DNA of 56,383 nucleotides, filler included, from Basidiobolus ranarum (GCA_040143965.1; 4 parts of 4 records of this genome joined end to end with filler, not necessarily neighbours in it), one strand, 5' to 3'; positions 39,345 to 50,981 are shown, counted from the whole stretch's first letter. Notes: generated by a model from the sequence alone, not told the origin. Numbers and translations: made by a program.

Positions 39345-39826
39345 TATTACTTTTACTGGGTTAGAATGGATAAGGGGGATGGTAAGTACAGAATAGGAAT
39401 ACTGTTGAGATAATGAAATCGAGATAAGCGAAATACATTGGGTGCCTAGTCATCACTGTGGTCTACGAAATCGTTCGACACACACTCATAAAAATCAACA
39501 GTGACTAGATGGAGATTTGTGAATAGCTGGATGATGATGCTCGGCTGAATGGCGAAGCAAAGTTCGACTCATGTTCTTAGGGGCAGCCCTTGAGGCGATC
39601 CTTAATGGATTCAAGTGAATGAAACCGTAAACAATGATTTAACTTTGATATGAATCATTAGTCTTATTTGACCACCCTTGAACTATCGCTTCTCTTAGAC
39701 AGTACTTGAAAGGATATCATTTTCCTCTGTTGTATTGTGGGTGGGGGACTCAGAAATCAGTACTAGATATAACTCTCTCCTTAACTACTATTTTCTCTGA
39801 CATAACTCTCCTCTTCAGTAAATATC

Positions 39827-40667
39827 ATGCTTAAATCTCGAACCTTGCAAACTCTCATGGTAGAAGAGAGCATACATACTCCAGTAGTTGCAGTGAATGT
39901 TGAAGAGTCGAATAAAAACCCTTCTAGGCGTTCATATGGCTCTTGTGACATCGATGTTAGATCTATCAAATATTTGACTATGCCCAACGAACTCACACCT
40001 CAACCAACGAACCCTACTACCAAGTCAAACAACACTGAAGAATCAAGTAGTTGGCTAGAACTTTGGAATCAACACTCGACTGAACTTAAGTCTACACCAG
40101 TAGAATCCAAGGAAGGTTCAGATAACGTATCACTCCACACTTCTGAAAGTGTTTACGAGCAAGCTTCATTTATTCTTACTTCACCTTCCACTCTAAACGT
40201 CACTACTCATACAGAAAGAGATAAAAAGGCCCCAAAGCCAAAAATCATGATATTTGGAGATCTAATGGAACCTCGAAGAGAAGAGTCGTCAGTTCAAGAC
40301 ACTCCATATGAAGGATACATCTCTACACCAATGTCTCCTACGAACAGTTCCTTCAATAGCTTGGAATCAACTTCAGTGTATCAGAAATCTAAGACTCTAC
40401 TTCGTAAAGCATCAGGATTGTTTTCGGATAAGCAAATGGTCGATGTCACAAAATCACAGAGTACCATTTCCCTATCACGTGAACAAGCGCATAAAAAATC
40501 CGTCTTGAGTCGCACTAGGACCATGAGTAAATTTGTGGGGAATGTCAAGGTAACTCTCTTGTGCGAAGTAAGTTAAGCAATATACATACTAACCATTCCT
40601 TCCTTGATAGCACCAGCTACATCACGCTCTCTCAAGGAATAAACCTTCAACTCGTATTAACCATTAA
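39827..40667 (+). CDS. Hypothetical Ser/Thr-rich protein (exons 39827-40549, 40611-40667)
   Basis: 249-codon ORF with a GT-AG intron 40550-40610. Low complexity; no family recognised. Confidence 0.6.
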
Positions 40668-40889
40668 GCTCCCAATAACCCTTCTCCCACCTTGTTTTAA
40701 TAGCCTATGTACATAGATTTCCCATTCTATTCCACACCCTACTCCGTCTACTGCTCCATTTACATAGAGAGCATTTATGATTATGTTAAACCTTTGCATA
40801 TAACAAATTAATAATAACAATCATTATATATATATTTATTGAGACACGCAGTAATTAGTTAGAATTTACAGAGTTACTGCTCTCCCTCC

Positions 40890-41066
40890 TCATCCTTTTC
40901 TGTTGAGCAACACGGGTGCATTCACTGATCGGTAACGACGAAGACTCTCATCTGTGGTGAGTTTGTATCCCATGAATGATACTGCTCCAACCACGCCAGC
41001 TCCTAGAATGGCGAGAAGTGGGTAGATTTCAATGCCAGTCTTGCTAATTCCTTGTGCGAATGCCAT
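40890..41066 (-). CDS. NDUFA4/B12D-like single-TM microprotein (58 aa)
   Basis: MAFAQGISKTGIEIYPLLAILGAGVVGAVSFMGYKLTTDESLRRYRSVNAPVLLNRKG*, with the E.YPL...G.......KL..D..LR pattern. Below the ORF-track cutoff. Confidence 0.75.
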   Translation of the reverse strand: MAFAQGISKTGIEIYPLLAILGAGVVGAVSFMGYKLTTDESLRRYRSVNAPVLLNRKG

Positions 41067-42218
41067 TTCAGAGGATATAGGTGCAGTAGTATAGATTCCT
41101 TGGGCTGGGGTGAGTGAGTTGAGGTAGCAGAGAGTTGATGTTGGGATGAAGAGTATGCGATTCTTAATATATATCTACTATGTTTGTACACCTTCCCACT
41201 CTTCGTCATCATTTCCCACAAGATAGTAAGTGTGAGAGTGCTAGCAGCGACAACAAAAGTAATATTCATGCTTCAACCAACTCTTTCAATGTATCAGCCA
41301 ACTCTTCGCACATTCGAGTGATCCACAAACATCAGTCGACATATTAAACCAGTCAGAGGTATAGCATGTAACCAGTTATACCCGGCTATGATCCCAGTTT
41401 TATAAGTCTGAGCGATATTCTTGTGGAAAGAATTAACTTTCATCAAAAGTGACCTTCTCCAAGAACATCCCACCAATCGTTATCCAAACTATGATCGTTA
41501 TCTGGATGGTACATTTACCTAGGACTCATCCCAATATAGAAATATGAAGCGATATACTCATCACATGATGTTTCGAATGATCCATTACCACTTTGAGAAT
41601 TGATAAAGTCACATAAATTGATAATAATGGAAAAGAGTAACACTGAGAATTAATAGTCACGTTCCCCACTAGCGGTAACGCTGTAATTATTAATGATGAT
41701 GAATTCTTCGCCTTTTTGTTCTTGAGCCATACATTTGCCACAATTACAAGCCCTGAGTCTGTGTAATTATAACCGTCATCTCTCGCTACACATGTTTCTC
41801 AGAATAACTATCATCACTTTAATGATTCCCATAATATTCCTTCATCTTGATCATACCAAGGTGTAACTTGCTTCTCATTATCAACGAGTAGTCGTTGTAT
41901 TATATCTCATCTGACTGTTGCAGTTGCTTGTGGATCACCCGACTGTGTGAAGGGTTGACTGATACATTAATATCGTTGTTGTTGCGGCTGCTGGCACTCC
42001 CACACTCTCTTCCAGGAATCTTGCTTGGCCTACGCAAAGATCACGCTGTGGCTGTGGGAAATAAGAGTGACGATAGCGAAGGGCAAAGTGAGTACGTATA
42101 TAAATCATGAACCTATTCTTCATTCCAACAGTAATTCACTACAAATTGTCAAGTATCTCCACTATCTTCACTCACACCAGCCCAAGGAATCTATACTACT
42201 GCACCTATATCCTCTGAA

Positions 42219-42287
42219 ATGGCATTCGCACAAGGAATTAGCAAGGCTGGCATTGAAATCTACCCACTTCTCGCCATTCTAGGAGCT
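42219..42287 (+). CDS. Second NDUFA4/B12D-like copy, truncated by contig end
   Basis: MAFAQGISKAGIEIYPLLAILGA..., a near-identical inverted copy of the start of the 41066 gene and its 5'UTR. Confidence 0.7.
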
Positions 42288-42387
42288 NNNNNNNNNNNNN
42301 NNNNNNNNNNNNNNNNNNNNNNNNNNNNNNNTTAATTAATTAANNNNNNNNNNNNNNNNNNNNNNNNNNNNNNNNNNNNNNNNNNNN
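42288..42387. other. Artificial contig linker
   Basis: N-TTAATTAATTAA-N, 100 nt. Confidence 0.98.
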
Positions 42388-43273
42388 ACGCAGCCACTCA
42401 TCGCTATGCCCTTTTATAAGTAAAATTCTGGAAACAATCCCATTGTGACCGCAGGTAAAATCCGTCTGAATTTATGGGTAATGGGACTGCGGCAAGTCAA
42501 TGGAATACCATGATTTTAAGCATGTCTCTGTGTAGGGGTAAGATTGATTAGAATTGAAGAGTTATCTATGTCTCAGCCTAATTTATCCGAGCTGAGCCCA
42601 TACAGCAAACTAGACGTTTTAGTTTTTAACTTGAAAGATTGGTGGTGATATGTGGGAATTCATTTCATCAACCACCAATTTACAGTTGGCACGTTAATTC
42701 ATATGCAACCATATAACCCGGTTTGATGAATCGATGGAGCGACAAAGATCCTATACCAAAAATAGCTATTATTTAATTCGCATTCCAAAATTGGTCCATA
42801 TTCACAAATAGGGCGAATAGGATGGTAAATGATTTGTGTATAACTATAAATATCCGAAAGGACATCCAAATTGGCCCAAGAATGCCGCAAGTAGCCCATA
42901 CCCGACCGAAAGATGGTTGTAGACAGAAACTGGGTGTGAAACTCTAGTAACACCGAATACTCAGTGCAAAATGAGTATCACAAAGTACCCTTGTAGTCCT
43001 ACCATCATGGTACCAATTTGGCGAGCATCTCGAATAGCATGAGGCATCGAAGAATCACGTGTAACGAAGGTCATCCCTTCGTTTCTTGTTTAGGCAGAAG
43101 TAGATTGCTCATTAATATTTGCTTGTTACACGTACCTACCGCTCACCTTTGGTTGAAGATTCCATGACAAATGAAGGCTATACTGTATCGTGAATTGATC
43201 AAGAGACCATCACTCTGCTTCAAGTCTAGGTATGAGTGGCTTAATTTGATCGGAGCAAATAATGCACTACTAT

Positions 43274-43423
43274 CAGGATTTTAACCTAAACTTGGACAAT
43301 TGCAAAAAATAACTAGACAATCATGGAGAAGTATTCAGACGAATGCCAACAGTAAAACTAGACGCTTTGGTTTTTTTGTGGACATGATGATTTCTAAACG
43401 GTCAACATATTTTTTAGAATCTT
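43274..43423 (-). mobile_element. Orphan copy of the Fanzor element 3' end (TIR plus adjacent non-TIR segment)
   Basis: Aligns with 46251-46420, lacking one 21-nt subrepeat, and includes the non-TIR part TTTTTTGTG.ACATGAT..TTTCTAAACG.TCAACATATTTTTTA.AATCTT. Confidence 0.85.
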
Positions 43424-46250
43424 TTAAAGGCATATATAGCGGTATGGAAGGATTAAACGAAGGCCAGTAGGTTGCAACATGCCATACTTAGTAGTTTATA
43501 CAAGGGTATCAAGGTATCTAACTATAGTATTAATATTTAAGGAGGATCTGGAGGATTGCTCCCATATTCTTGTTCAGATACAAATATTCACAAGTAGGCA
43601 CCATAACATGCTTGTCTGCGAAACATCACAATGTGAAATGTAACAATCATGTTGGGATACCCTTGTTTGATGGGAAAAGGTAACTTGGTAGTATTTTCAC
43701 ACTGTATAGCTAGGGTGCTGATAGTCGGAGTAGTCTGATATGTATGACTGCTCCAGCATGTGCCTTAGAGTTTGTCATTCCGCAGTTGTTCAGGCACTTG
43801 CAGTTCCAAGATTGCAATTAACGCTCACATTTGGGAATGGAGTCATCACTGAAGACCAGAAGTAACCAATCTGCTCCAATAATGCATTCGTTCAACAAAG
43901 TGCAGAGTTTCTTTGACATGATACATGGACAATCCTAGCATTACATACATATATAGATACAGCATATATATGCTCCAGGTTGGCACTTCTACCATCATTC
44001 AGCAGGAAGTATGTCACATTGGTATGATCTATGCACAATCTTGTTCTTGCCTATAATGTTCCACCGGGTTGTACAGAATCCAGGCGAGCCCCTCGATGGA
44101 TATTCAATTAGCCTGTGTGAGTTGAGTATGATTTTACATCGATTTGGATGGGACCAAATGTGGAAAATAATATAGGAAATCTAAGCTACTACTGAATTTC
44201 AAGAGAGTGTGATGGCAAGCTACAAGTAGCTAGAATATATGGCGGAGTATTTCTTGCTGAAGAAATGAACCTGTTCTATTGGTGTTATATTTTCCTCCAG
44301 CTATCAATCTTTATCAGTGTCATCCTAACATAGTCATGTACATGTGTATAGAGGCTTAGTAAGTATGCCTTAGTCATTATTATATCCGTAACACTATATT
44401 CATTATTTAGCTGTGAGAAAATCACATAATCTTCTTACTTCCAGGTTGGTCTCAGTATTGAGGGTAAGTTCCTCATGAAGATATTGAAGAATAACATACT
44501 GAAATTTAGGTAGCTAGCTATATGACTATATAGATGCTTAAGCTATGTCATTTTCAACAGTTTCTTCAAATAGAAGGTTTGAGCACACTATTAGTTTGTA
44601 TCTTTGATATATTATAGCCAGCAGAGTACACTTAAATGACCAGTTATGGTGGTGGTGTATTATGCAAAGTCAAAATGAATACTTTCAATCACACAATAGA
44701 CCCATGACAGCAGTTTATAGAGCGGGATTAATATGAAGGAGAGGTTCATATTTGCAAGGTTCTCCATGATTCCAATGGACTTCGTCCCAGTGATAGTGCC
44801 AGATTGTGCTGCATATATTATATCAGATAAAGTATTCAAAAATTTATGCGGCACAATTTGGCACTATCCAGCACCCTCTGGCATGATCAATTTCAATCAC
44901 AATTACTCTAATATATTGAGCCAAGATCTGATAACCCCTGGCACAATGGAACAAGTCCGGTTCATATTACACTTAATGGTAGATACTCACAAACTGAGCA
45001 TAGCATACAAAGAACGCGGGTTGGATTGTATGGAGTTGTATAATAGCAGGTCCATATAGAGTACAAATGGCTTATTAAGCTATACACATCAAGTAAGCAT
45101 TGAGGATACTATTGGGTCTTGGTGGGTGATGGCATTAATAGAACAGAAATCAGCAGAATGTGGCTTAGCAGCTCATAGTAAGTATGTAACAACAGAGTAT
45201 AACATTAAGTGGATTCTTGAAGGACTTGGGCAATTGTCCACTAGCAAATATGATTCGGGGCATGTATCCGCCTGCGAAAACTGGATTCTAATCAGGTAAA
45301 CAAAATGTCTGAAAATCCACTGACTTTACCATACTCATCGACTACCAAAGATGGCTTTAGAAATATTTCGCAATGATCGCAGCTCAGTAAGTGGCTATTC
45401 AGTTATTTTCTGTCTGGGGACTGGTTTCTAAGGTAACAAGCATAATAGTACTGTGCTCTATGACATTATTGGTCAATGGGGCAATGTGAGGCTCACTGCC
45501 AATTCATATCTAATCAAGGGATTCACACGGATCATTTCATTATTCCACTTCATCCTAGCCACTCCCTCAATAAGTCAATTGGTTCCTCCCCATGCATTTA
45601 CCAGTGGCAAGCCAGTATCCATAGGAAGATGTGTCGGAAATAGGGAGATATTATCCAGAACCATTAACTGGTATTCCCACAATCTCTTAGAGCATCCAAA
45701 CCGGTTGGAACCTGGAACGTTCATCTTCAGTCGTTCTTTGGCTTCAGCATTAGCCATACTGATCCTAATCTCCGACTGCAAATTGTTTGCACTGAGCCGC
45801 TTCAACTCCATGCAACTAAATCGGTTTGAGAAATACCAAGAAATGATGATCATATTGGGGTGGACATATTCCGATTCAGATGACCAGAAGAGGAATAGGA
45901 GAATACCAGTATCCACCAGTCATTTGCGATCGCCAGGAATCCCATTTATTGCCCCACTTCACCATTGTTAATAGCATGCAGCAATGTAGAGATCATATCA
46001 TAGGCATTTCCATATAGAGCCGCTCATTAAGCACCATTCTTTCCATCTGTTTCGAGTGTATGAGTACATTTTCATGAATCCTCTACCAATTCTCAGGGCC
46101 AAGAGTTCAACAACTGATCTCCATATCTCTCTCCAAAGATCCTGGCTCATGTACACCTCTCTCCTCAGCTTTCGGGTACTTAAGGAAGTGAACATTCTAA
46201 CGGTCCACATCGCCAAGGCCACATAGGGATCACACCCCCATGCTGTGCTA

Positions 46251-48903
46251 CAGGGTTTTAACCTAAATTTAGACAATTCCAAAAAATAATTAGACAAGCT
46301 GAAATTAATATTAGACAATCGTAGAAGAGCATTCAGACAAATGTCAACAGTAAAACTAGACGTTTTAGTATTTTTTTGTGAACATGATTTCTAAACGATC
46401 AACATATTTTTTAAAATCTTACCTGTACTATGGGTGTCCTACAGCGATAACTGAGAAGAGAGTTTGATTCTTTTTGATTCTCGGCTTTCCTTTTGCTTGC
46501 CTTTTCTTTTACCTGGCTTTTGGGGCATAAATCGGTCAGAACGGGTACCTTTTTCTCTAAGCGAAGTTGGGATATGACGGAAATTAAGTATTGCAGCAAG
46601 GTCTCGGTTCCAAAGGCGTGTAAGAATTCGGGTTGGCGGTGTCTTCAAACAATTTTGGTTTGTACACCTATTTGACGAAAAATTATTAGCTTTCCTTTTC
46701 TTTTCTCTCTTTTTGTATCTTGGACAGTACTTTAAAAGACCGTGGCACTTTACAGTTTCGATTTTGAGAGCTCACATTCGAGGCACACACTTGAAGTGTG
46801 GAATTCGTTCAACAACAGAACTTCGAACTCTGCTTTTCACAGCATACGTCGCATTCCTTTCCCTCTAATTGGCTCATGAAATTTCATATTCGCAGATGAC
46901 CAGTCACCTAATACTAAAACAGCATCTCCGAATTTCCTCTTCAAACTGTTTGCTAATTCTTGGTCAGATTGTAGTCTATTAATTTTGCTAGAGAACTTTA
47001 TTTTCTGAAAGGTAATGCCAGCCTGTACTTGATGGTGTCTGCCAATTCATCTACCATTTTACGGCGATATTTGTACTCTTTCTTAGAAGTTTTTTCAAAG
47101 CTGTTTAAACAATTGGTAGCTTCCTTTACCAAGACATCCAATCTTTGCTTCTTGTCCATATTAAGTTTTGAAAAAGTATGTTTCTCCTGAAGGACAGCAC
47201 TAACGCGATCAACAGATAGTTTGAAATTGCGCTTAGCTTGGGAAAGAGCAGTAGCGGGATCAATATCAGCAAAGCTAACAGCAGTAACGCCTACGACAAC
47301 ATCAGCAGTATTATCTTCTTCATCAGTAACCGACTCTACTTCAGTAAGACCTTCCAGATGCTGAACTCCAGCATTTAGCTCCAAAGGAATCGTATCTTCA
47401 TTATTACAATAGTAGCTTTTTAGTGCCTTTGAAACACTGGCTTTCATCTTGAGGTACTAGTACTCGTTTCATGCATACAGTATAAAAGATCACCACGACC
47501 AGGATCGATAAGCACAGACTTATCTGTAGTCTTAAGGATTTCATCTTTTGACAATTTTTCAATATAAGGAACACCATCAACAGCCTTCATTTTCCGGCGA
47601 CCGCTTAAAGCGCCTCTTCTAGCAGTGTTAAAGTTTTATTTGAATATAGACATACCGACCCTGTCTGTTTCAATGGTCCCTTCAAACTTCAGTGTCTTGG
47701 CATTTTGACTTTTAAGAGCTTTACATTTTAGATTAACGACACTACCCCAAATATCGATCTTGTTTCCAGTGAAATTCTTGTTTTTCAATATATGATAGTC
47801 CAAGATCTAAGTATCTATTGTCATATAAGAAGGGATAAAGCCTTTTCGCAGTGGGGAGCAGTTAAACGATTCCATATTATTATCTTCACATATTTTTGCG
47901 AGCATATAAAATGTGCGTAAATTCTGCTGCGAGTTTGCTTCGGCGTCGTAGTAAACAAAGCCCTATTTGTTGAGCATTAGGAAGCAAGTTGACAATATTC
48001 ATCTTTATAAGCATTTATCTTCTCTCTCACTTGACGCATTTTGGCTGAAAGCTGGGATTTGCCGGTTGTACTTCCATCTCTGACCCGTTTGTCAACAAGA
48101 GACAAAAAGACTTCACGAAAAAATCCTTTGTCACACAATTTTTCAAGCCGAATTCATTGTCTTTGGCAAACTCTTTTATAAAGATCAAATTTAAAAGGTA
48201 AATGTGTGGGTGACAAGGTCGTTCACGTTATGAACCAACTCTTTTAGTACGGGCTTGTATTGTTCCTTCCATTCAATGGTAGGCACCGACATTTTGACAG
48301 TCATTATTCTCTTAACGCTTGACGAAGAACTCTTTTCAGCTTCCTGTAAAAGCAAAAGATATATAAGAATAAAAAAGTGTGACTGTTCATGTATGTTATT
48401 TATTTACCTCTAATGTTTCTTCTTCTGGCATAGTGTAATATAAAATTATGTATGTGAGAGGTTATTTTAAAGACAAATTAGTTTGTTGATGACATATGCG
48501 TTAGAATTTAGCAGAGTGATATGATCGATCAATTTATTAAGAAGTGCATACAATATATATACGATTATTGATGGGCTCATGTAGTGCATTTAAACTTGAT
48601 TCAATTTGCATATAATCAGTCTTAATTGATCTCATTGAACATGATCTAAGTTGACTCAATTCTTTACAATGTGTGGATATGATCAATTGATCCAGAAACG
48701 AGATAGCTTAGTTAAAAAACTTGCTTCTGTTTGATTCGCTTTGTGATAATGTAACGCATATTTCTACCAAACGTAAATTCCTCAATATATACGTCTAGTT
48801 TTACTGTTGACATTCGTCTGAATGCTCTTCTATGATTGTCTAATATTAATTTCAGCTTGTCTAATTATTTTTTGCAAGTGTCTAATTTTAGGTTAAAACC
48901 CTG
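46251..48903 (-). mobile_element. Non-autonomous TIR DNA transposon (Tc1/mariner-like ends) carrying Fanzor
   Basis: TA|CAGGGTTTTAACCTAAA...TTTAGGTTAAAACCCTG|TA. TIRs of about 113 bp at 46251-46363 and 48791-48903; TA TSD at 46249-50 and 48904-05. No DDE transposase seen inside. Confidence 0.92.
46439..48431 (-). pseudogene. Fanzor1 (eukaryotic TnpB-family RNA-guided endonuclease), decayed, 2 introns
   Basis: RuvC-I VLIDPGRGDLLYCMHE (D 47504-6); LPFRK..FSSKIN...KFGDAVLVLGDWS...HEPIRGKGMRRML; RuvC-II LLNEFHTSSVCLEC (E 46804-6); CHGLLK|CTNQNC; RuvC-III LWNRDLAAILNFRHI (D 46601-3). Introns 48344-48407 and 46668-46730. In-frame stops and frameshifts are present. Confidence 0.92.
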
Positions 48904-50293
48904 TAACAATCACTGCCCAGAACAGCCGGCTGATATTCTGTGGGGTTAATGTTTCATTTCAAGTCCTTACCAATGTTGATGGTGATGAAGCACTAACTAC
49001 TTGGAAAGTAACCATAAGATCTCTACTTGCTCTCGCTTATCTAGTAAGACATTGATAGATCACATTAAGTAGCGTTGATGGCTAAGGATAGGGGTAGAGG
49101 CTCTGTTATACTAGAATAGCATTGTCGATGTCCAGACACTGGTTTCAACTCATCGCCTTCTGTCCGTCATCGGATATGATCTTGAATTAAAACCGAATTT
49201 GTGAATCCAGCCTTGAACTTTTCAAAGCTTTCCTCCCACAGTCATTTGGTGTTCAAGTGTACATGCTTGCGCCCTTTCTATTCATTTCAGTCGGTATATT
49301 ATTTAGGGGAATGGTGCTCCCTGTTAGCTACCAGATACAGACTTGATTATACTTACCAATGCAAGCCACATAGATGAAACATGTAACTTTACCCCCTTCC
49401 CTGTGCATGCCACCTCAAAGTCTAGTAATGGATATTTTTGGGGAGGAGTTCGAGGTAAATTTCTTTCTAAAACAAGCGTGATTGTTAATGATCGTGATTT
49501 CATGATTACTTCATAGACCTGAGGGATCTTCACGGCCATTATGTTAGCAAGAGATATCTAGTCATTAGGACATGGCCGTTGATTCGTATTAAACCTCCGA
49601 CATAGTAATAGATCTAGACCTTGGTCGACATTGTGCACTTCCACTCATATGAAAGTGTAAATGAAGAGAAATGCAAGTAACTGCCTGGCCATTGGATTCA
49701 CGGATAGCATCGTTCCATTCCTTTTCTATGCGAGAGCAGAAACTTAGGATGTAGGGAAGTGGGTGTAGATGCATTCACAACTTAGCCAGATCCGTAGATG
49801 GGGCGTGCCCGCTGTGTAAAGGAGGAGTAAGATGAATTTTAAACCTCTTCAATGACAACGCTTTGTTAACCTCCAAAGGCCTTGAGAACATTTTCAGGTT
49901 CCAGTCTGCTACAGATCTTCCGATGGGGGTAAATGACACATTAAAACAAGTAAGGATAAGGGTTTTAGCTAGTCTCAAAGATATGAAGAAGCTTTCATTG
50001 GTAACTGCGTCATCATACAGAATAATATCCCCTTGACAAGGACAAGACAATGCGATCTTAGTTCGGTGCAAAGACCACTAAGTGTAAATGCTAAGAAAGA
50101 TCCTCTGTTTGGTCCATTTGGACTATTGGTCAGTACGCATAGTGTATTGATACTAACATACTTCGTCACTAGTGATTGGAGATGAGCTAACACTGTTTCT
50201 TCATTTATTTGGAAAATATATACTATGAATACAAGGGAGATCTAAGCGATCAATTAGGTTTGATGGCTACAAGGATTTGGAAAGCGTTCCACA

Positions 50294-50981
50294 CTAACAA
50301 GAAGTGCGGCAAAATGGGACAAACCGATAGCTGGTTGAGTTTAATGCACTGGCGGTACTGCAACCATCAGGATTGGTCTCGTTGGCCACATGAGAGATTC
50401 GAAAGTGTTTTGAGAGAGTGGATTTTTTGCGGAAACTGAATTGAGAACCAGATTCATGTTAGAGTCGAGATGAGGGTGGGGATGGGGGGATCCATGCAAC
50501 TTACCTCTTATTACATCCAAGGAAATGGCATTGATAAGGTCTGTCTCCAGTGTGGATTCTTCGGTGACGACTGAGCGAGCTGCTATCACTAAATGACTTC
50601 GCACAACCCTCCCATAGACAGGGGAATGGCCGTTCTCCCGAGTGTGTACGCGAGTGAATGGTCAGAGAGGATTTCTAGTGAGGAATAAACAGATCAGGTT
50701 TTGTTGGCATGGCTTACAGATTTCACTCTAAAACTCACCTGAATGAAGCTCTGGGTGCATCCAGGTTCTGCACAAGTGAAAGGCCTGTGGATGATGGATG
50801 TTAGTCATTGAGCTATAACGAAGGGCTTTACTTCAATGAAATACCTTTCGTTGGTGTGAATTCGCTGGTGTCTTAGCAAGTCGGCTCTTCTTTTGAAGGC
50901 TTTCTTACAGCTAGACCAATGGCATGAGAAGATCCGCTCCTCTGCTGTTTGAACTGGGTTGATCAAATCTAAAATATCCAT
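50294..50981 (-). CDS. C2H2 zinc-finger transcription factor (4 fingers, 4 exons)
   Basis: [99 protein letters not shown]..., with GT-AG introns; TAG at 50294. Confidence 0.9.

Noticed and set aside
28279-42287. Possible respiratory/Fe-S gene cluster (SDH1, NBP35, cytochrome c, NDUFA4-like)
   Set aside because: The genes are interspersed with unrelated genes and I saw no shared motif. Chance is a sufficient explanation.
46837-47809. In-frame stops in Fanzor as recoding (selenocysteine or readthrough)
   Set aside because: All three stop types occur together with frameshifts and deletions, consistent with mutational decay.
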